Below are positions 1 through 10,206 of a stretch of 64,000 bases of DNA, in pieces. The DNA is from Candidatus Sericytochromatia bacterium (GTDB lineage: Bacteria; Cyanobacteriota; Sericytochromatia; S15B-MN24; JAQBPE01), in assembly GCA_040400605.1 (NCBI GenBank), contig JBBAPZ010000003.1, positions 158,507 through 222,506 on the forward strand. Reading direction: 5' to 3'. The notes under the pieces were generated by a model. That model made no database searches and had not been told where the DNA came from. It was given only the letters and a program-made list of their open reading frames with translations. Positions within the stretch are counted from its first letter, which is position 1; each line of letters begins with the position of its first letter. A program made the translations under genes and the position numbers.

Positions 1-1
1 G

Positions 2-1279
2 GTCGGGGGTGGCCCGGCGGGTTTGATGGCGTGTGTGGGTGCGATTCGTGCCGGCGCGAGAACGCTGTTGATCGAGAAAGGCGATCGCCTCGGACGTAAA
101 TTGATCATCTCGGGGGGCGGTCGCTGCAATGTCACCAACGCAGGCGATATCGATCACCTCGTCACCATGATCCCCGGCAACGGCAAATTCATGCGCGGCG
201 CCTTTGCCCAATTCTCAAATCGGGACATCATCAACCTTTTCGAAGGTCTCGGTGTTCGTCTCAAACAAGAAGACAACGGTCGGATGTTTCCTGTCACCGA
301 CAAAGCCACCACCGTCGCAGAAACTTTGATCAGCCACTTGCGAACGGCCGGTGTCACCATACAACTGGGAGCACCGGTCAAGCAACTGACCCAAGCAGAT
401 GGCGCAATTACCGGCCTCACCCTCCAAAACGGCGAAACAAAACGGGCGGGGGCGATCGTGGTGGCAGTGGGCGGCAAATCCGTTCCTAAAACCGGCTCAA
501 CCGGGGACGGTTATGCGTGGGTCACCTCATTGGGACACACGGTTACCACCCTCTACCCAACCGAAGTCCCTATTTTATGCGACGCAGACTGGATCACGGA
601 TCGCAGCGCCATGGGACTCTCCTTACGGGATGTGGCGCTCCACTTGTTCAACCACAAAGGCCAACGCCTCACCACCCAGCGCGGTGATGCCATCATCACG
701 CACTTTGGCCTGTCTGGGCCGGCCGCCTTAAGATTGGGACACTACGTCTCTTGCGCCCTCTCAAGACAAGTTGCCCCCCTGCGCTGTTTAATCGACCTTC
801 AACCAGACTGGCAAACCAGCGATTGGGACCACGCACTGATCAACCAATTCAACCTGCATCCCAAACGAACAATTCGCAATCACTTGTCTGAGCTCGTTCC
901 AGAGCGACTCGTCGACACCTTGCTCCAATTGTCTCAACTCAATGGCGATGCCAATGCCTCACACCTTCCCAAAAAAAACCACCTTCAATTGTTGCAATGC
1001 CTGAAAGGCCTTCCACTCACCGTCACCGGAACGCGTTCCATTGAAGAAGCCTTTGTCACAGGCGGCGGCATCAGCCTGAAAGAAATCGACCCCAAAACGA
1101 TGGCCTCGCGCCTGGTCAAAGGGCTGCACTTCGCAGGCGAGATCATGGATGTCCACGCCCATACGGGGGGTTACAACATCACAATCGCATTCTCCAGCGG
1201 CTTCGTGGCCGGCACTTGGGCCGCCAAACACGCCCTCGCCGCACGCTGGAATCCAACCGACCACCCTCACGACAACTGA
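2..1279 (+). CDS. HI0933/BaiN (YhiN) family NAD(P)/FAD-dependent oxidoreductase, 5' end truncated by the window edge
   Basis: Frame open from base 2 (VGGGPAGLMA Rossmann motif); family motifs GRKLIISGGGRCNVTN, EDNGRMFP, GSTGDGY, VTGGG, GEIMDVHAHTGGYN. Confidence 0.93.
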   Translation, partial: VGGGPAGLMACVGAIRAGARTLLIEKGDRLGRKLIISGGGRCNVTNAGDIDHLVTMIPGNGKFMRGAFAQFSNRDIINLFEGLGVRLKQEDNGRMFPVTDKATTVAETLISHLRTAGVTIQLGAPVKQLTQADGAITGLTLQNGETKRAGAIVVAVGGKSVPKTGSTGDGYAWVTSLGHTVTTLYPTEVPILCDADWITDRSAMGLSLRDVALHLFNHKGQRLTTQRGDAIITHFGLSGPAALRLGHYVSCALSRQVAPLRCLIDLQPDWQTSDWDHALINQFNLHPKRTIRNHLSELVPERLVDTLLQLSQLNGDANASHLPKKNHLQLLQCLKGLPLTVTGTRSIEEAFVTGGGISLKEIDPKTMASRLVKGLHFAGEIMDVHAHTGGYNITIAFSSGFVAGTWAAKHALAARWNPTDHPHDN

Positions 1280-1285
1280 GTCATC

Positions 1286-2365
1286 CTAATGAGTATTTGA
1301 TGGCGCCTGATGACGAACCGCTTGCGCGCGCGGGTTCATCACCTTGAACCACAATGGCGGAATCAGCGCCAAAAGAATCATTCCCGCGTAACCCGTCGGT
1401 AACTGTGGACCCTCCGGATAATGCTGGAGGGCCTCATACCGCCGCATCGCATTCATGTGATGGTCGGCGTGGCGCTGTAATCGCACCAAAAAATAATTGG
1501 TCAAACGATTGGCCGAAGACCACGAATGGGCTACACCCACTTTTTCATAACGCCCAGGACCCAGTTCCTCCCGCTCGAGCCCGTAGTGCTCCAGATAGTT
1601 GGTTACTTCGAGCAAAGAAAACGCCACGACACCTTGTAGAACATAAAACAGCAAGGCAGTCTCACCCCACACAGATGCCAACCCGGCAGCGTAGATAATC
1701 GGCAAAACCACAAACCACAACATCTGGTTGCGCCAATGCAAACTTGAAAGCCCCAATCGCGTCAACCGTTGTTGCTCAAGGTGCCACGCACTCAAGAAAC
1801 TGCCAATCACCGTTCGCGGGTAAAATCGGTACACCGATTCACCCAGGCGTGCGCTAGCTGGGTCATCCTTCGTCGCCACACGCCCATGGTGACCAATCAG
1901 GTGCTCAATGGTGAAGTGCATGTATAACGCATGCAACAACAACAACTGACCCAAGCTACGCTCAAGCCAGTTGGTCTTGTGAATCAACTCGTGTGCAACG
2001 GTGATACCGACACCACCCGAACAAACCCCCACAGACAACACCAAACCTGCCAGTTCCCACCACTCAAACGCGCGTTGGCTCACCTGCCAGGCTGCAAACA
2101 GAACCACCGCCATGATGGCCGGTGCAATCAAATGCGTGATGGCCCTGTAACCCCAAGCAGCCAAACGTGGATGCGACTCCCGTGGGTTCTTGTTGACCCG
2201 GTCTTCACCCAACAAGACATCCAGTGTCGGCACGACGCCAAAGACCAGAACAACAGCAGCCCACGTCCACCAGCCACCCCAAAGGAGACCCATAATGGCG
2301 AGAGCCAGTGGAGAAAACACCACTGCATAGGGAATGACGCTCAATAATGCCAACATGTACATCAC
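1286..2365 (-). CDS. alkB: Alkane 1-monooxygenase (membrane di-iron hydroxylase)
   Basis: Several TM helices; His boxes HELIH, EHLIGHH, NYLEHYG, LQRHADHH; DPASARLGES and PQLPTGY motifs. Confidence 0.93.
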   Translation of the reverse strand: MMYMLALLSVIPYAVVFSPLALAIMGLLWGGWWTWAAVVLVFGVVPTLDVLLGEDRVNKNPRESHPRLAAWGYRAITHLIAPAIMAVVLFAAWQVSQRAFEWWELAGLVLSVGVCSGGVGITVAHELIHKTNWLERSLGQLLLLHALYMHFTIEHLIGHHGRVATKDDPASARLGESVYRFYPRTVIGSFLSAWHLEQQRLTRLGLSSLHWRNQMLWFVVLPIIYAAGLASVWGETALLFYVLQGVVAFSLLEVTNYLEHYGLEREELGPGRYEKVGVAHSWSSANRLTNYFLVRLQRHADHHMNAMRRYEALQHYPEGPQLPTGYAGMILLALIPPLWFKVMNPRAQAVRHQAPSNTH

Positions 2366-2471
2366 CTCGTGGCCTCAGGAACAACCTGATTGACGCACAC
2401 CTTCGTGCAATCGTCGGTGATCGAATCGACAGACCGGCACCCCTCAATTGCCACCCCGGCGCCCAATGCTT

Positions 2472-3206
2472 TTATACCCTGTTGACACCGGTTTCAATCG
2501 TATTCAAGGTCTGTCTCATCAGGTTCTGCATCGCCACTGGTGAGACTGGCGCACCCTCAGCGTGGGCGATCGCCAGGCCGAAACCATCGTTTCGTCGCCA
2601 GTGTGCCACTACACAGCCGCCCGCGTATCGCACCGCGACGGTATCTTGGTGCAACTGCCCCAGACACAAAGCATGCAAACCCGTTGTCTGGCCGCCAAGC
2701 AGTTTATACGCGGCTTCCTTGATTCCCCACACAGCCAAGCTGGCGTGGGCACCCCACACACCCGACGCCAGCGCTGCCTGTTCGGATTGATGCATAAACA
2801 ACCGATGTGTGGCGGGGTTCAATGCGCGCAGCCCCTCCAGATCAATGCCAATTGGATAGGGTGCGGCGATCGCCACTGCCCAACCACCCGTGTGACTAAG
2901 CGACAAACCCCACGCATCCAGCGCATCCTGCGGCAGGACAAAGACAGGCTGTCCACCATCACCACGGTGAATAACCACATCACACAGCGAAACAGCGACA
3001 GGACTCGCTTGCGCCAAGGCACGTTTGGCAGCCAAACGCCCCAGCAGCCAATCCCTGCGACGTTTGGGCACGGTCAAACGCTCAAACATCTCACGCTCCA
3101 CCCGATGAAGCGCTGCTTCAGCTGATTCCAATTCGTCCGTGGTCGCGCGCGCAAGGCCGATGAAGGGAACCGGATGGGGCGAATGTGTGGGTGCCTGGCT
3201 CTCCAT
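2472..3206 (-). CDS. 4'-phosphopantetheinyl transferase (Sfp-type)
   Basis: RRRDWLLGRLAAK, GQP, LSLSHT, IGIDLE and WGIKEAAYK motifs. Confidence 0.85.
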   Translation of the reverse strand: MESQAPTHSPHPVPFIGLARATTDELESAEAALHRVEREMFERLTVPKRRRDWLLGRLAAKRALAQASPVAVSLCDVVIHRGDGGQPVFVLPQDALDAWGLSLSHTGGWAVAIAAPYPIGIDLEGLRALNPATHRLFMHQSEQAALASGVWGAHASLAVWGIKEAAYKLLGGQTTGLHALCLGQLHQDTVAVRYAGGCVVAHWRRNDGFGLAIAHAEGAPVSPVAMQNLMRQTLNTIETGVNRV

Positions 3207-3266
3207 AGACAGCGCATGTTACCATGGTCCTTTATCCGGTTCGTGACGTGGGATAAAGAGGAATAA

Positions 3267-4967
3267 TTGACGATGGACGCCGTACCCTCACAAACAGCCA
3301 CTCAGTCGCCTGAAACGTCGCTGGATTTCATTCGCGAAATCATTGAAGCTGACCTCGCAGCGGGCAAACACGCGCAGATTGTGGTGCGTTTTCCGCCCGA
3401 ACCGAACGGTTATCTGCACATTGGACACGGCAAAGCCATCTGTCTGAACTTCCGGCTGGCCGAACAGTACGGGGGGCGCTGTCATCTGCGTTTCGATGAC
3501 ACCAACCCGGCCAAGGAAGAAGTCGAGTTTGTCGAGTCGATTCAAGACGATGTGCGCTGGTTGGGTTTTGAGTGGGAACCCCATCTGTATTTTGCCTCGG
3601 ACTACTTCGAGAAGCTGTATGAATATGCCATCGAATTGATTCATAAGGGGTTGGCCTATGTGGACAGCCTGAGCCAGGAAGATGTTCGGGAGTACCGGGG
3701 CACACCAACAACCCCGGGGCGCAACAGTCCTTACCGTGATCGCAGCGTCACCGAGAACCTCGAACTGTTCAAGCAGATGCGCTCAGGCGCATTTGCCGAT
3801 GGGGCGTGCGTGTTGCGTGCGAAGATTGACATGGCATCACCGAATCTGCTTTTGCGCGACCCGGTGCTGTACCGCATCAAGCGTGCCCATCACGTGCGAA
3901 CAGCCGATACCTGGTGCATTTACCCGATGTACGATTATGCCCACCCGATATCCGATGCACTCGAGGGCATCACCCACTCAATTTGCACCTTGGAGTATGA
4001 GGATCACCGGCCACTCTACGACTGGGTGCTCGACAACATCAGCATTGACTGCCATCCTCGGCAGATCGAATTCGCGCGCCTTAACTTGACCTACACCGTG
4101 ATGAGCAAGCGTTTTTTGCGTCAACTGGTGGATGCCAAACTGGTAACAGGGTGGGATGATCCGCGCATGCCAACCCTTGCGGGGATGCGCCGTCGGGGTT
4201 ACCCGCCCGCGGCCATCCGCGCGTTCTGCCAAGCCATTGGCGTCACCAAGGCCAACAGTGTCTGCGACTTTGGCCAGTTGGAATACTATATCCGCCAGGA
4301 ACTCAACCAAAAGGCCACCCGACGCATGGTGGTGCTGGATCCGATCAAGGTTGTCATCGAAAATTATCCAGAAGACGAGGTTGAGTGGTTCATAGGCGAC
4401 AACAACCCCGAAAACCCCGCGGACGGCACCCGAGAAATTCCATTCTCGCGAACGCTTTACATTGAGCGGGACGATTTCCGTGAGGTGGCGCCCAAGAAAT
4501 TCTTCCGGCTCAGCGTCGGCAGCGAAGTACGCCTGAAGCATGCCTACTGCATCACCTGCCGTGAGGTGGTCAAGGATGAAGCTGGTGAGATTATTGAACT
4601 GAGGTGTGTGTATGACCCACACAGCCGGGGTCAGACCTTGGATGGTCGCGTGGTGAAAGGCACCTTGCACTGGGTGAGTGCCGCACACGCCGTGCCGATC
4701 GAGGCGCGCATTTACGACCACCTCCTACGGCAACCCGTTTCGACCGGCGACTTACACGCTGACTTCAACCCGGAATCGCTGAAGGTTTTGCACGCAGCCC
4801 TCGCGGAGCCTGCGATCGCTTATGCGGGTGTCGGTGACGCTTTCCAGTTCCTGCGCATCGGGTATTTCACGCCGGATCCTGACAGCACGCCCCAAAAACC
4901 CGTCTTCAATCGTTCAGCCACCCTCAAAGACACCTGGGCCAAATTGGAAAAGCGGCTTAATCAATAA
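3267..4967 (+). CDS. glnS: Glutamine--tRNA ligase
   Basis: RFPPEPNGYLHIGH (HIGH), LRFDDTNP, YPMYD, VMSKR, GWDDPRMPT, KGTLHWV. Confidence 0.97.
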   Translation: MTMDAVPSQTATQSPETSLDFIREIIEADLAAGKHAQIVVRFPPEPNGYLHIGHGKAICLNFRLAEQYGGRCHLRFDDTNPAKEEVEFVESIQDDVRWLGFEWEPHLYFASDYFEKLYEYAIELIHKGLAYVDSLSQEDVREYRGTPTTPGRNSPYRDRSVTENLELFKQMRSGAFADGACVLRAKIDMASPNLLLRDPVLYRIKRAHHVRTADTWCIYPMYDYAHPISDALEGITHSICTLEYEDHRPLYDWVLDNISIDCHPRQIEFARLNLTYTVMSKRFLRQLVDAKLVTGWDDPRMPTLAGMRRRGYPPAAIRAFCQAIGVTKANSVCDFGQLEYYIRQELNQKATRRMVVLDPIKVVIENYPEDEVEWFIGDNNPENPADGTREIPFSRTLYIERDDFREVAPKKFFRLSVGSEVRLKHAYCITCREVVKDEAGEIIELRCVYDPHSRGQTLDGRVVKGTLHWVSAAHAVPIEARIYDHLLRQPVSTGDLHADFNPESLKVLHAALAEPAIAYAGVGDAFQFLRIGYFTPDPDSTPQKPVFNRSATLKDTWAKLEKRLNQ

Positions 4968-5332
4968 GCCCGCCTTGATGGCGAAAAGCTGCGTCAAGTC
5001 CGTCCTGTTCCAGCGAGAAAAAGGATGGACTTGATGCAAACTGTTGGAGCGCCGGGTGAACACACCGCGCCAAGTTCATGCAGTAACGCGTTGGTTGATC
5101 ATCAGATTTTGGCTGTTAATCAATAACAGGAAGCCAGTGTCTGACGTTTTAAGTACGCCACTTGCGCTTTGAAGAAAAACCGATGCAACACTTGAACGCT
5201 CATTCTGTCAGTATGGCGCAGCAAGCGCGGCGATATCCCACCATGTCGGGGTTGTCTACCTCTCAGAATATGGTCCGTCGCGATTGTTTCCACTAAATTA
5301 CCTCAATCACTTGACCGCACGTGGGTTTCAGT

Positions 5333-5347
5333 TTAAGCTTTTCTTAA
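5333..5347. promoter_or_regulatory. TTAA-N7-TTAA site
   Basis: TTAA-gcttttc-TTAA about 60 nt upstream of the DUF3465 lipoprotein gene. Confidence 0.5.
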
Positions 5348-5408
5348 ATCGACAATTGAATTCACTTTTGTACTTAGCCCCTGAGATAACCGAAGTAAGG
5401 ACCCTTGC

Positions 5409-5861
5409 ATGCGCCTTTACCGTAACTCATTGGTGAGCCTGTCTATTATTGCCATCGGGCTCGCGTTGAGCGCCTGTGGCGCGCAGCCAGCGGTCAGGCT
5501 GCCGGGACAAGGACAACTACAGGCTGCCAAGGCGACTACAGAAGCTATCCCCGAAGCCAGTGCCTTTAAGGTCATTGAAGGCACTGTCACTAAAATTTTA
5601 CCTGATGACACTCGCGGCCTTCCGCATCAAAATTTTGTCGTGAGCGCGATGATTGTTGATGCGCGGCAAGCGGTGACGGTCAACCACAATACTTTGAACG
5701 GTGCCCGGGTTAAAAATCTCAAAGTGGGTCAATCCCTCACGATTCGGGGTGTGATGTATCGTAACAAGAATCGTGCCGTTGGCATCCATTGGACGCACAA
5801 AGCCGTCAAAGATGGTGATGCAGGGTATATCAAGACCGCAGACGGGGTTGTTTATCAGTAA
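5409..5861 (+). CDS. DUF3465-like lipoprotein
   Basis: Lipobox LSAC; GTVTKILPDDTRGLPHQNF...IHWTH...GYI...DGVVYQ pattern typical of DUF3465. Confidence 0.75.
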   Translation: MRLYRNSLVSLSIIAIGLALSACGAQPAVRLPGQGQLQAAKATTEAIPEASAFKVIEGTVTKILPDDTRGLPHQNFVVSAMIVDARQAVTVNHNTLNGARVKNLKVGQSLTIRGVMYRNKNRAVGIHWTHKAVKDGDAGYIKTADGVVYQ

Positions 5862-6183
5862 AGTGGTCAGAACTTTCCACTGACTTGATACATAAATGTT
5901 TCTAATCACGTAACCAAATAGAACCAAGCAATCCGCACAGTGTTTCAGCGGCAAGCAGCAAGTACTCAAGGCAGCATATTGGGTGTTTGGCCGCAAATGT
6001 TGTGCTCGCTGCTCGATACTCACCTGCTCACGAGACCTACGCTTGAACCGCATCACTATTACGACACACGACTCCGCGTGACCCCTTTGATAACAAAATC
6101 AGCCATAGCATAGTCGAAAAAGCGTTCAGTTATCCTGACACGTCGAAAAACCAACCGTTCGAAGCATCGCGCAGACAATGTAG

Positions 6184-6218
6184 AACGGGCCGCACCCACA
6201 AAACAGGGGCGGCCCGTT
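6184..6218 (-). terminator. Hairpin downstream of htpG (probable terminator)
   Basis: Inverted repeat aacgggccgc...gcggcccgtt about 25 nt after the htpG stop; short U-tail. Confidence 0.5.
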
Positions 6219-6241
6219 TATCGCGATTTAGTTCAACCCGT

Positions 6242-8065
6242 TCAAGCCTGCGGTGACAACAGTTTATGAGCGCGCGCAATAAAGCGTGTCAGGTCGTCGC
6301 CTTTGAGACCATCGTGTGCCAAACGCGCGAGATCATAGATATGTTCAGCCAATTCCTGTCCCCGTTGTCCGTCGGTTGATGCAAGCAACTGCTGGACGAC
6401 CGGGCTGTTGGCATTCAGGACGAGGGTCTTGCTCGCTGGCATCTCGAAGCGATCCTTCCACATCGCCGACATATCCGCAAACCGCCGCTCCATTTCGTTT
6501 TGCGTGATCAACCCCGAAATGTCGGCTGATTTCAGGCGCTGAACTTCCACGGTAACACCGCGATCGGTCAAGAAACGTTCCGCCGCTTCCTTCAGGCGCT
6601 CATCCTGGGTCTTGCCCTCGGCGTCAAGCACCTGTGCCGCCTCGGTATCTCGCAACTCATCACTGATGCCCGCATCCACTCGCACCCATTTGATGTCCCG
6701 ATTCTTGTTCTCCAGCAACTGAATGAAATGCACATCAAGGGGACCGTGGGTATACAGCGCTTCCAACCCTTGTGCCTTAAACAGTGAGACATAGGTCGTC
6801 TGGGCGTCACCCGCTTCAGCATAATAAACCTTTTGGCGGTTCGCTTCGGATTGCCGGGAGAGGTACTCTTCAACCGAGCTAAAGCCGTCGTTGCTGCTAC
6901 GGAAGAGTACCGCCTCTTTGGCCGCATCGTAAAACTTGTCGTCTTCGAGCATCCCGAATTTGACAAACGGGTGGATGTCATCCCAATACCCCTCAAACTT
7001 TTCGCGCTGGGTGCGGAAAAGTTGTGTCAGGCGATCCGCCACCTTTTTAGTAATGTGACCCGCGATTTTCTTGACGTACGGATCATTTTGCAACATCGAA
7101 CGGCTCACATTGAGCGGAATGTCGGGACAATCGATCATGCCTTTCAGCACCGTCAGAAACCGCGGCAACACATCTTGCACATTCTCCGTCACGAAGACGT
7201 TGTTGCAGTAAAGCTGCACCTGTCCCTTCGACACATCAAACTCATGCTTCAGTTTCGGGAAGAACAGCACCCCTTGCAAACGGAATGGGTAGTCAACATT
7301 GAGATGGATCCAAAACAGCGGATCCTCCTGAAAAGGGTACGCGGCGCGGAAAAAAGTCAGATAATCATCATCACTCAGGCTACTGGGGGCTTGCGTCCAA
7401 ATGGGTGCCCGGTCGTTGACTAACGCACCATCCAAATGAATCTCAACAGGCAGGTAACGCGCATACTTTTCCAAAACATGCCGCACCCGTGCAGACTCCA
7501 AAAACTCCAACGACTCCGCACTCAAATGCAATACGATATCTGTCCCACGGGTAGCACGGGCACCCGGCTTCAATTCAAACGACAGGCCGCCTTCACACGA
7601 CCAATGACAGGGCTCGACACCCGTTTTGTAACTGAGTGTCTCAATTTCAACTTTATCCGACACCATGAACGCAGAGTAGAACCCCAAGCCAAAATGCCCA
7701 ATGATCCCGCTCTTCTCACCCTCAACTTCGTAACGCTTCACGAAATCCTGGGCACCGGAAAACGCCACGGTATTGATATACTGGCGCACCTCCTCCGCAC
7801 TCATCCCAATGCCATTGTCACTGATGGTCAAGGTCTTGTTGTCTTTATCAATGCGCACATCCACACGATACGGACCACACTCACCCAAGTTCTCAATTAA
7901 CGCGACATGCTTCAGCTTGCTGACAGCATCCACCGCATTGGAAACAAGTTCCCGCAGAAAAATTTCGTGATCCGAGTACAGCCACTTCTTGATAATCGGC
8001 AAAATGTTTTCAGCGTGAATGGACAGTTGTCCTTGCTCACCGGCACTTGGGGTTTCCACAGTCAT
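6242..8065 (-). CDS. htpG: Molecular chaperone HtpG (Hsp90)
   Basis: IIKKWLYSDHEIFLRELVSNA, DNGIGM, IGHFGLGFYSAF, DIPLNVSRS; start placed at ATG 8065 (the ORF track extends further upstream). Confidence 0.96.
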   Translation of the reverse strand: MTVETPSAGEQGQLSIHAENILPIIKKWLYSDHEIFLRELVSNAVDAVSKLKHVALIENLGECGPYRVDVRIDKDNKTLTISDNGIGMSAEEVRQYINTVAFSGAQDFVKRYEVEGEKSGIIGHFGLGFYSAFMVSDKVEIETLSYKTGVEPCHWSCEGGLSFELKPGARATRGTDIVLHLSAESLEFLESARVRHVLEKYARYLPVEIHLDGALVNDRAPIWTQAPSSLSDDDYLTFFRAAYPFQEDPLFWIHLNVDYPFRLQGVLFFPKLKHEFDVSKGQVQLYCNNVFVTENVQDVLPRFLTVLKGMIDCPDIPLNVSRSMLQNDPYVKKIAGHITKKVADRLTQLFRTQREKFEGYWDDIHPFVKFGMLEDDKFYDAAKEAVLFRSSNDGFSSVEEYLSRQSEANRQKVYYAEAGDAQTTYVSLFKAQGLEALYTHGPLDVHFIQLLENKNRDIKWVRVDAGISDELRDTEAAQVLDAEGKTQDERLKEAAERFLTDRGVTVEVQRLKSADISGLITQNEMERRFADMSAMWKDRFEMPASKTLVLNANSPVVQQLLASTDGQRGQELAEHIYDLARLAHDGLKGDDLTRFIARAHKLLSPQA

Positions 8066-8357
8066 CCTTAACACTCCATAAATGGACGCGCGCCACGCGC
8101 ACGAACGGGGACTACAGTCATCCATGTATAGCGACTTGAGTCTTGTATTGTCAAGATTCACCAACGTGCGAGCCAAGTGACCTGGCCATCCATTCATTCC
8201 GCATCACGGTGGTTGAGAGCGATTGCTCCGCGTTTGATTGTTTTCATCCCTGACTATGCCAGCAAACCGACCACGACGTGGTCACAAAAACACCGGGTTT
8301 CGGCATCATCATCCCATGCGCCTTCAGTGTTCAAGAAAAGGCTTGGTTAACGGGCAT

Positions 8358-9797
8358 TCAGGCTTTTTTTCGAAGGCTATCAGAGCCGACACGTTGTTGC
8401 AACCACTGTTTAAAAATCGCGGTCAACTGGTGGGTGTAAAGCAGGCGTGCCGGATAGAGCAGTTGCCATTGCAACGTTATCCAGTCCGTATCGTTGACGA
8501 GCCGCACAAGGGCTTCGGACCGGACCACGGTGTCACCGTTGAGGTGCTTGGCCACTTCTGATAACAGACGTTCAAGGTGACACCAAATCGCACAGGCCGC
8601 CTCGGCCTTGGCAAAGCCGTGCCACGGCAGTGCCTGTGCCTGACTCAAACCATACCAAAAATCGATAACCGGTCGGTTACGGGTCATCAATGCCAGGCAA
8701 TCAAGCCAGGCTTGCCTTTGCGCAGGCGTTGGTGTCCACTCCAATAAAGGCGGTGCGACGTGTGTCTGACGATGCATCAAGATGGGATCCGTGCCAAGGC
8801 CCAAATGGCGACGAATCACCGCAACCAGCGTGTCGGTTGCGTACAGCGGCAGTTGCCGATGAGCGCGTTCAATTTCGCCATAACTAAGTTTGCGACTGGT
8901 CAAATCCCGTACAACGTGGGTTAAAACGGCTTCAAGCAACGCTTGTGTGGGCTTGAGTGACAAACCTTGCTGCAAGAGTGCACGAAAGACGAAACGAAGT
9001 TCCGTGCGTGACACATAACGTTCCATTTCATGGTCATAGCCGGCATTTTGAGCTTCCGCAAGCAACAAATCCATCTGTTTTGAACCAAAAAACAAGTGGG
9101 CATGAGCCAAAAGACAGCTTTCCAGGTGTCGACTCAACGCCTGCAACCATTGCAAGCGCGTCAATTCCGCTGGTGGCTTGATCGCAGTTTCAATCGGCAT
9201 CCAGCAAATAAAGCCCCGACTGGCGGGATCACGCAGCCAATCATACGGAAAACCGGCGGGCTGCTCGGCATCCTCATCACGCAGGATACACACCTGACCC
9301 GGAAATGCTTCACCACAACAGAGAACCTGACTTCGGGCATAAAGGGTGTAGCCAAGGCTATGGTTGTGCAACGGGTCGAGCGTGACAATTAAGGGCGGCA
9401 AAGGAAAACCGAGCCCCTCACTGAGTTTGATGCGCGTCGATTCAAACCACTGTCCAATTTCAGAATGTTCCAGCCCAACGCTTGAGGCCCATTTCAAGCA
9501 TTCTCGCAACAGTTCGGAACCCAATCCAAGGCGCAATGGCGGCTCAACCAAACTGACCGCCGTCTGATCGAGTCCCCGCTCGGCATCGATGTGCCGTACG
9601 GTCCAAACTGATTCTCCCGGTTCGAGCCATAGTCCGACCGCACCGAGTTCCTCCGTGATGGTGCGCACCTGTTGCTCGGTATGCCGCATCAGAAATGCAT
9701 CAAGACCGAGATACTCCAACAGACATAATTCACCAAACAGGTAGTGACCGTGTTCCTTGCCATAGCGCGCGACCAGGCGTGTCAAAGGATGCGTCAA
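8358..9797 (-). CDS. Soluble protein containing an FHIPEP/FlhA-cytoplasmic-like domain
   Basis: PLRLGLGSEL...RIKLSEGLGFPLPPL...YTLYARSQVLCCGEAFPG...DPASRG...LSRHLESCLLAHAHLFFGSKQMDLLL...VFRALLQQGLSLK follows the FlhA-C motif order; no TM domain. Confidence 0.6.
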   Translation of the reverse strand: MTHPLTRLVARYGKEHGHYLFGELCLLEYLGLDAFLMRHTEQQVRTITEELGAVGLWLEPGESVWTVRHIDAERGLDQTAVSLVEPPLRLGLGSELLRECLKWASSVGLEHSEIGQWFESTRIKLSEGLGFPLPPLIVTLDPLHNHSLGYTLYARSQVLCCGEAFPGQVCILRDEDAEQPAGFPYDWLRDPASRGFICWMPIETAIKPPAELTRLQWLQALSRHLESCLLAHAHLFFGSKQMDLLLAEAQNAGYDHEMERYVSRTELRFVFRALLQQGLSLKPTQALLEAVLTHVVRDLTSRKLSYGEIERAHRQLPLYATDTLVAVIRRHLGLGTDPILMHRQTHVAPPLLEWTPTPAQRQAWLDCLALMTRNRPVIDFWYGLSQAQALPWHGFAKAEAACAIWCHLERLLSEVAKHLNGDTVVRSEALVRLVNDTDWITLQWQLLYPARLLYTHQLTAIFKQWLQQRVGSDSLRKKA

Positions 9798-10206
9798 ACG
9801 TCACCTCTCGGCATCAAATCCTCCCATCCATCACGACACTTGGCTTCATCGCAGAGAGTGACGAAGGCCCCTCAATCATGTTCCGGTCCAAGACCCCTGT
9901 TGGTCAACCAGTCACGCAAACGCGAGCCAACAATACCCCTGAATGCCAACCGTGCAAACCCGGATGAAATCGGTCGCATCCGGGACCCAAGTCGCATCCC
10001 AAGCGTGTCGAACAAACTCCCAAAGTTAGCGCCAAACGTGACTTTCACCCGTTATGCAATACGAATCGACGACACATGGCGCCAATCCCCATCCCATCGA
10101 TCTGCACCCGGTGCATACATGACACCGATCAAGTTTTGACATTCAGTCGCGCGCTCCTTACGATTGAGCCGTGATTCGACATGATTGGGATGAGGGGTAT
10201 CGGTCA

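Noticed and set aside
8066..8197. N-terminal extensions in the ORF track (htpG, lipB to 16338, moxR to 56842, ALDH to 31845)
   Set aside because: Downstream starts have better RBSs and match family N-termini
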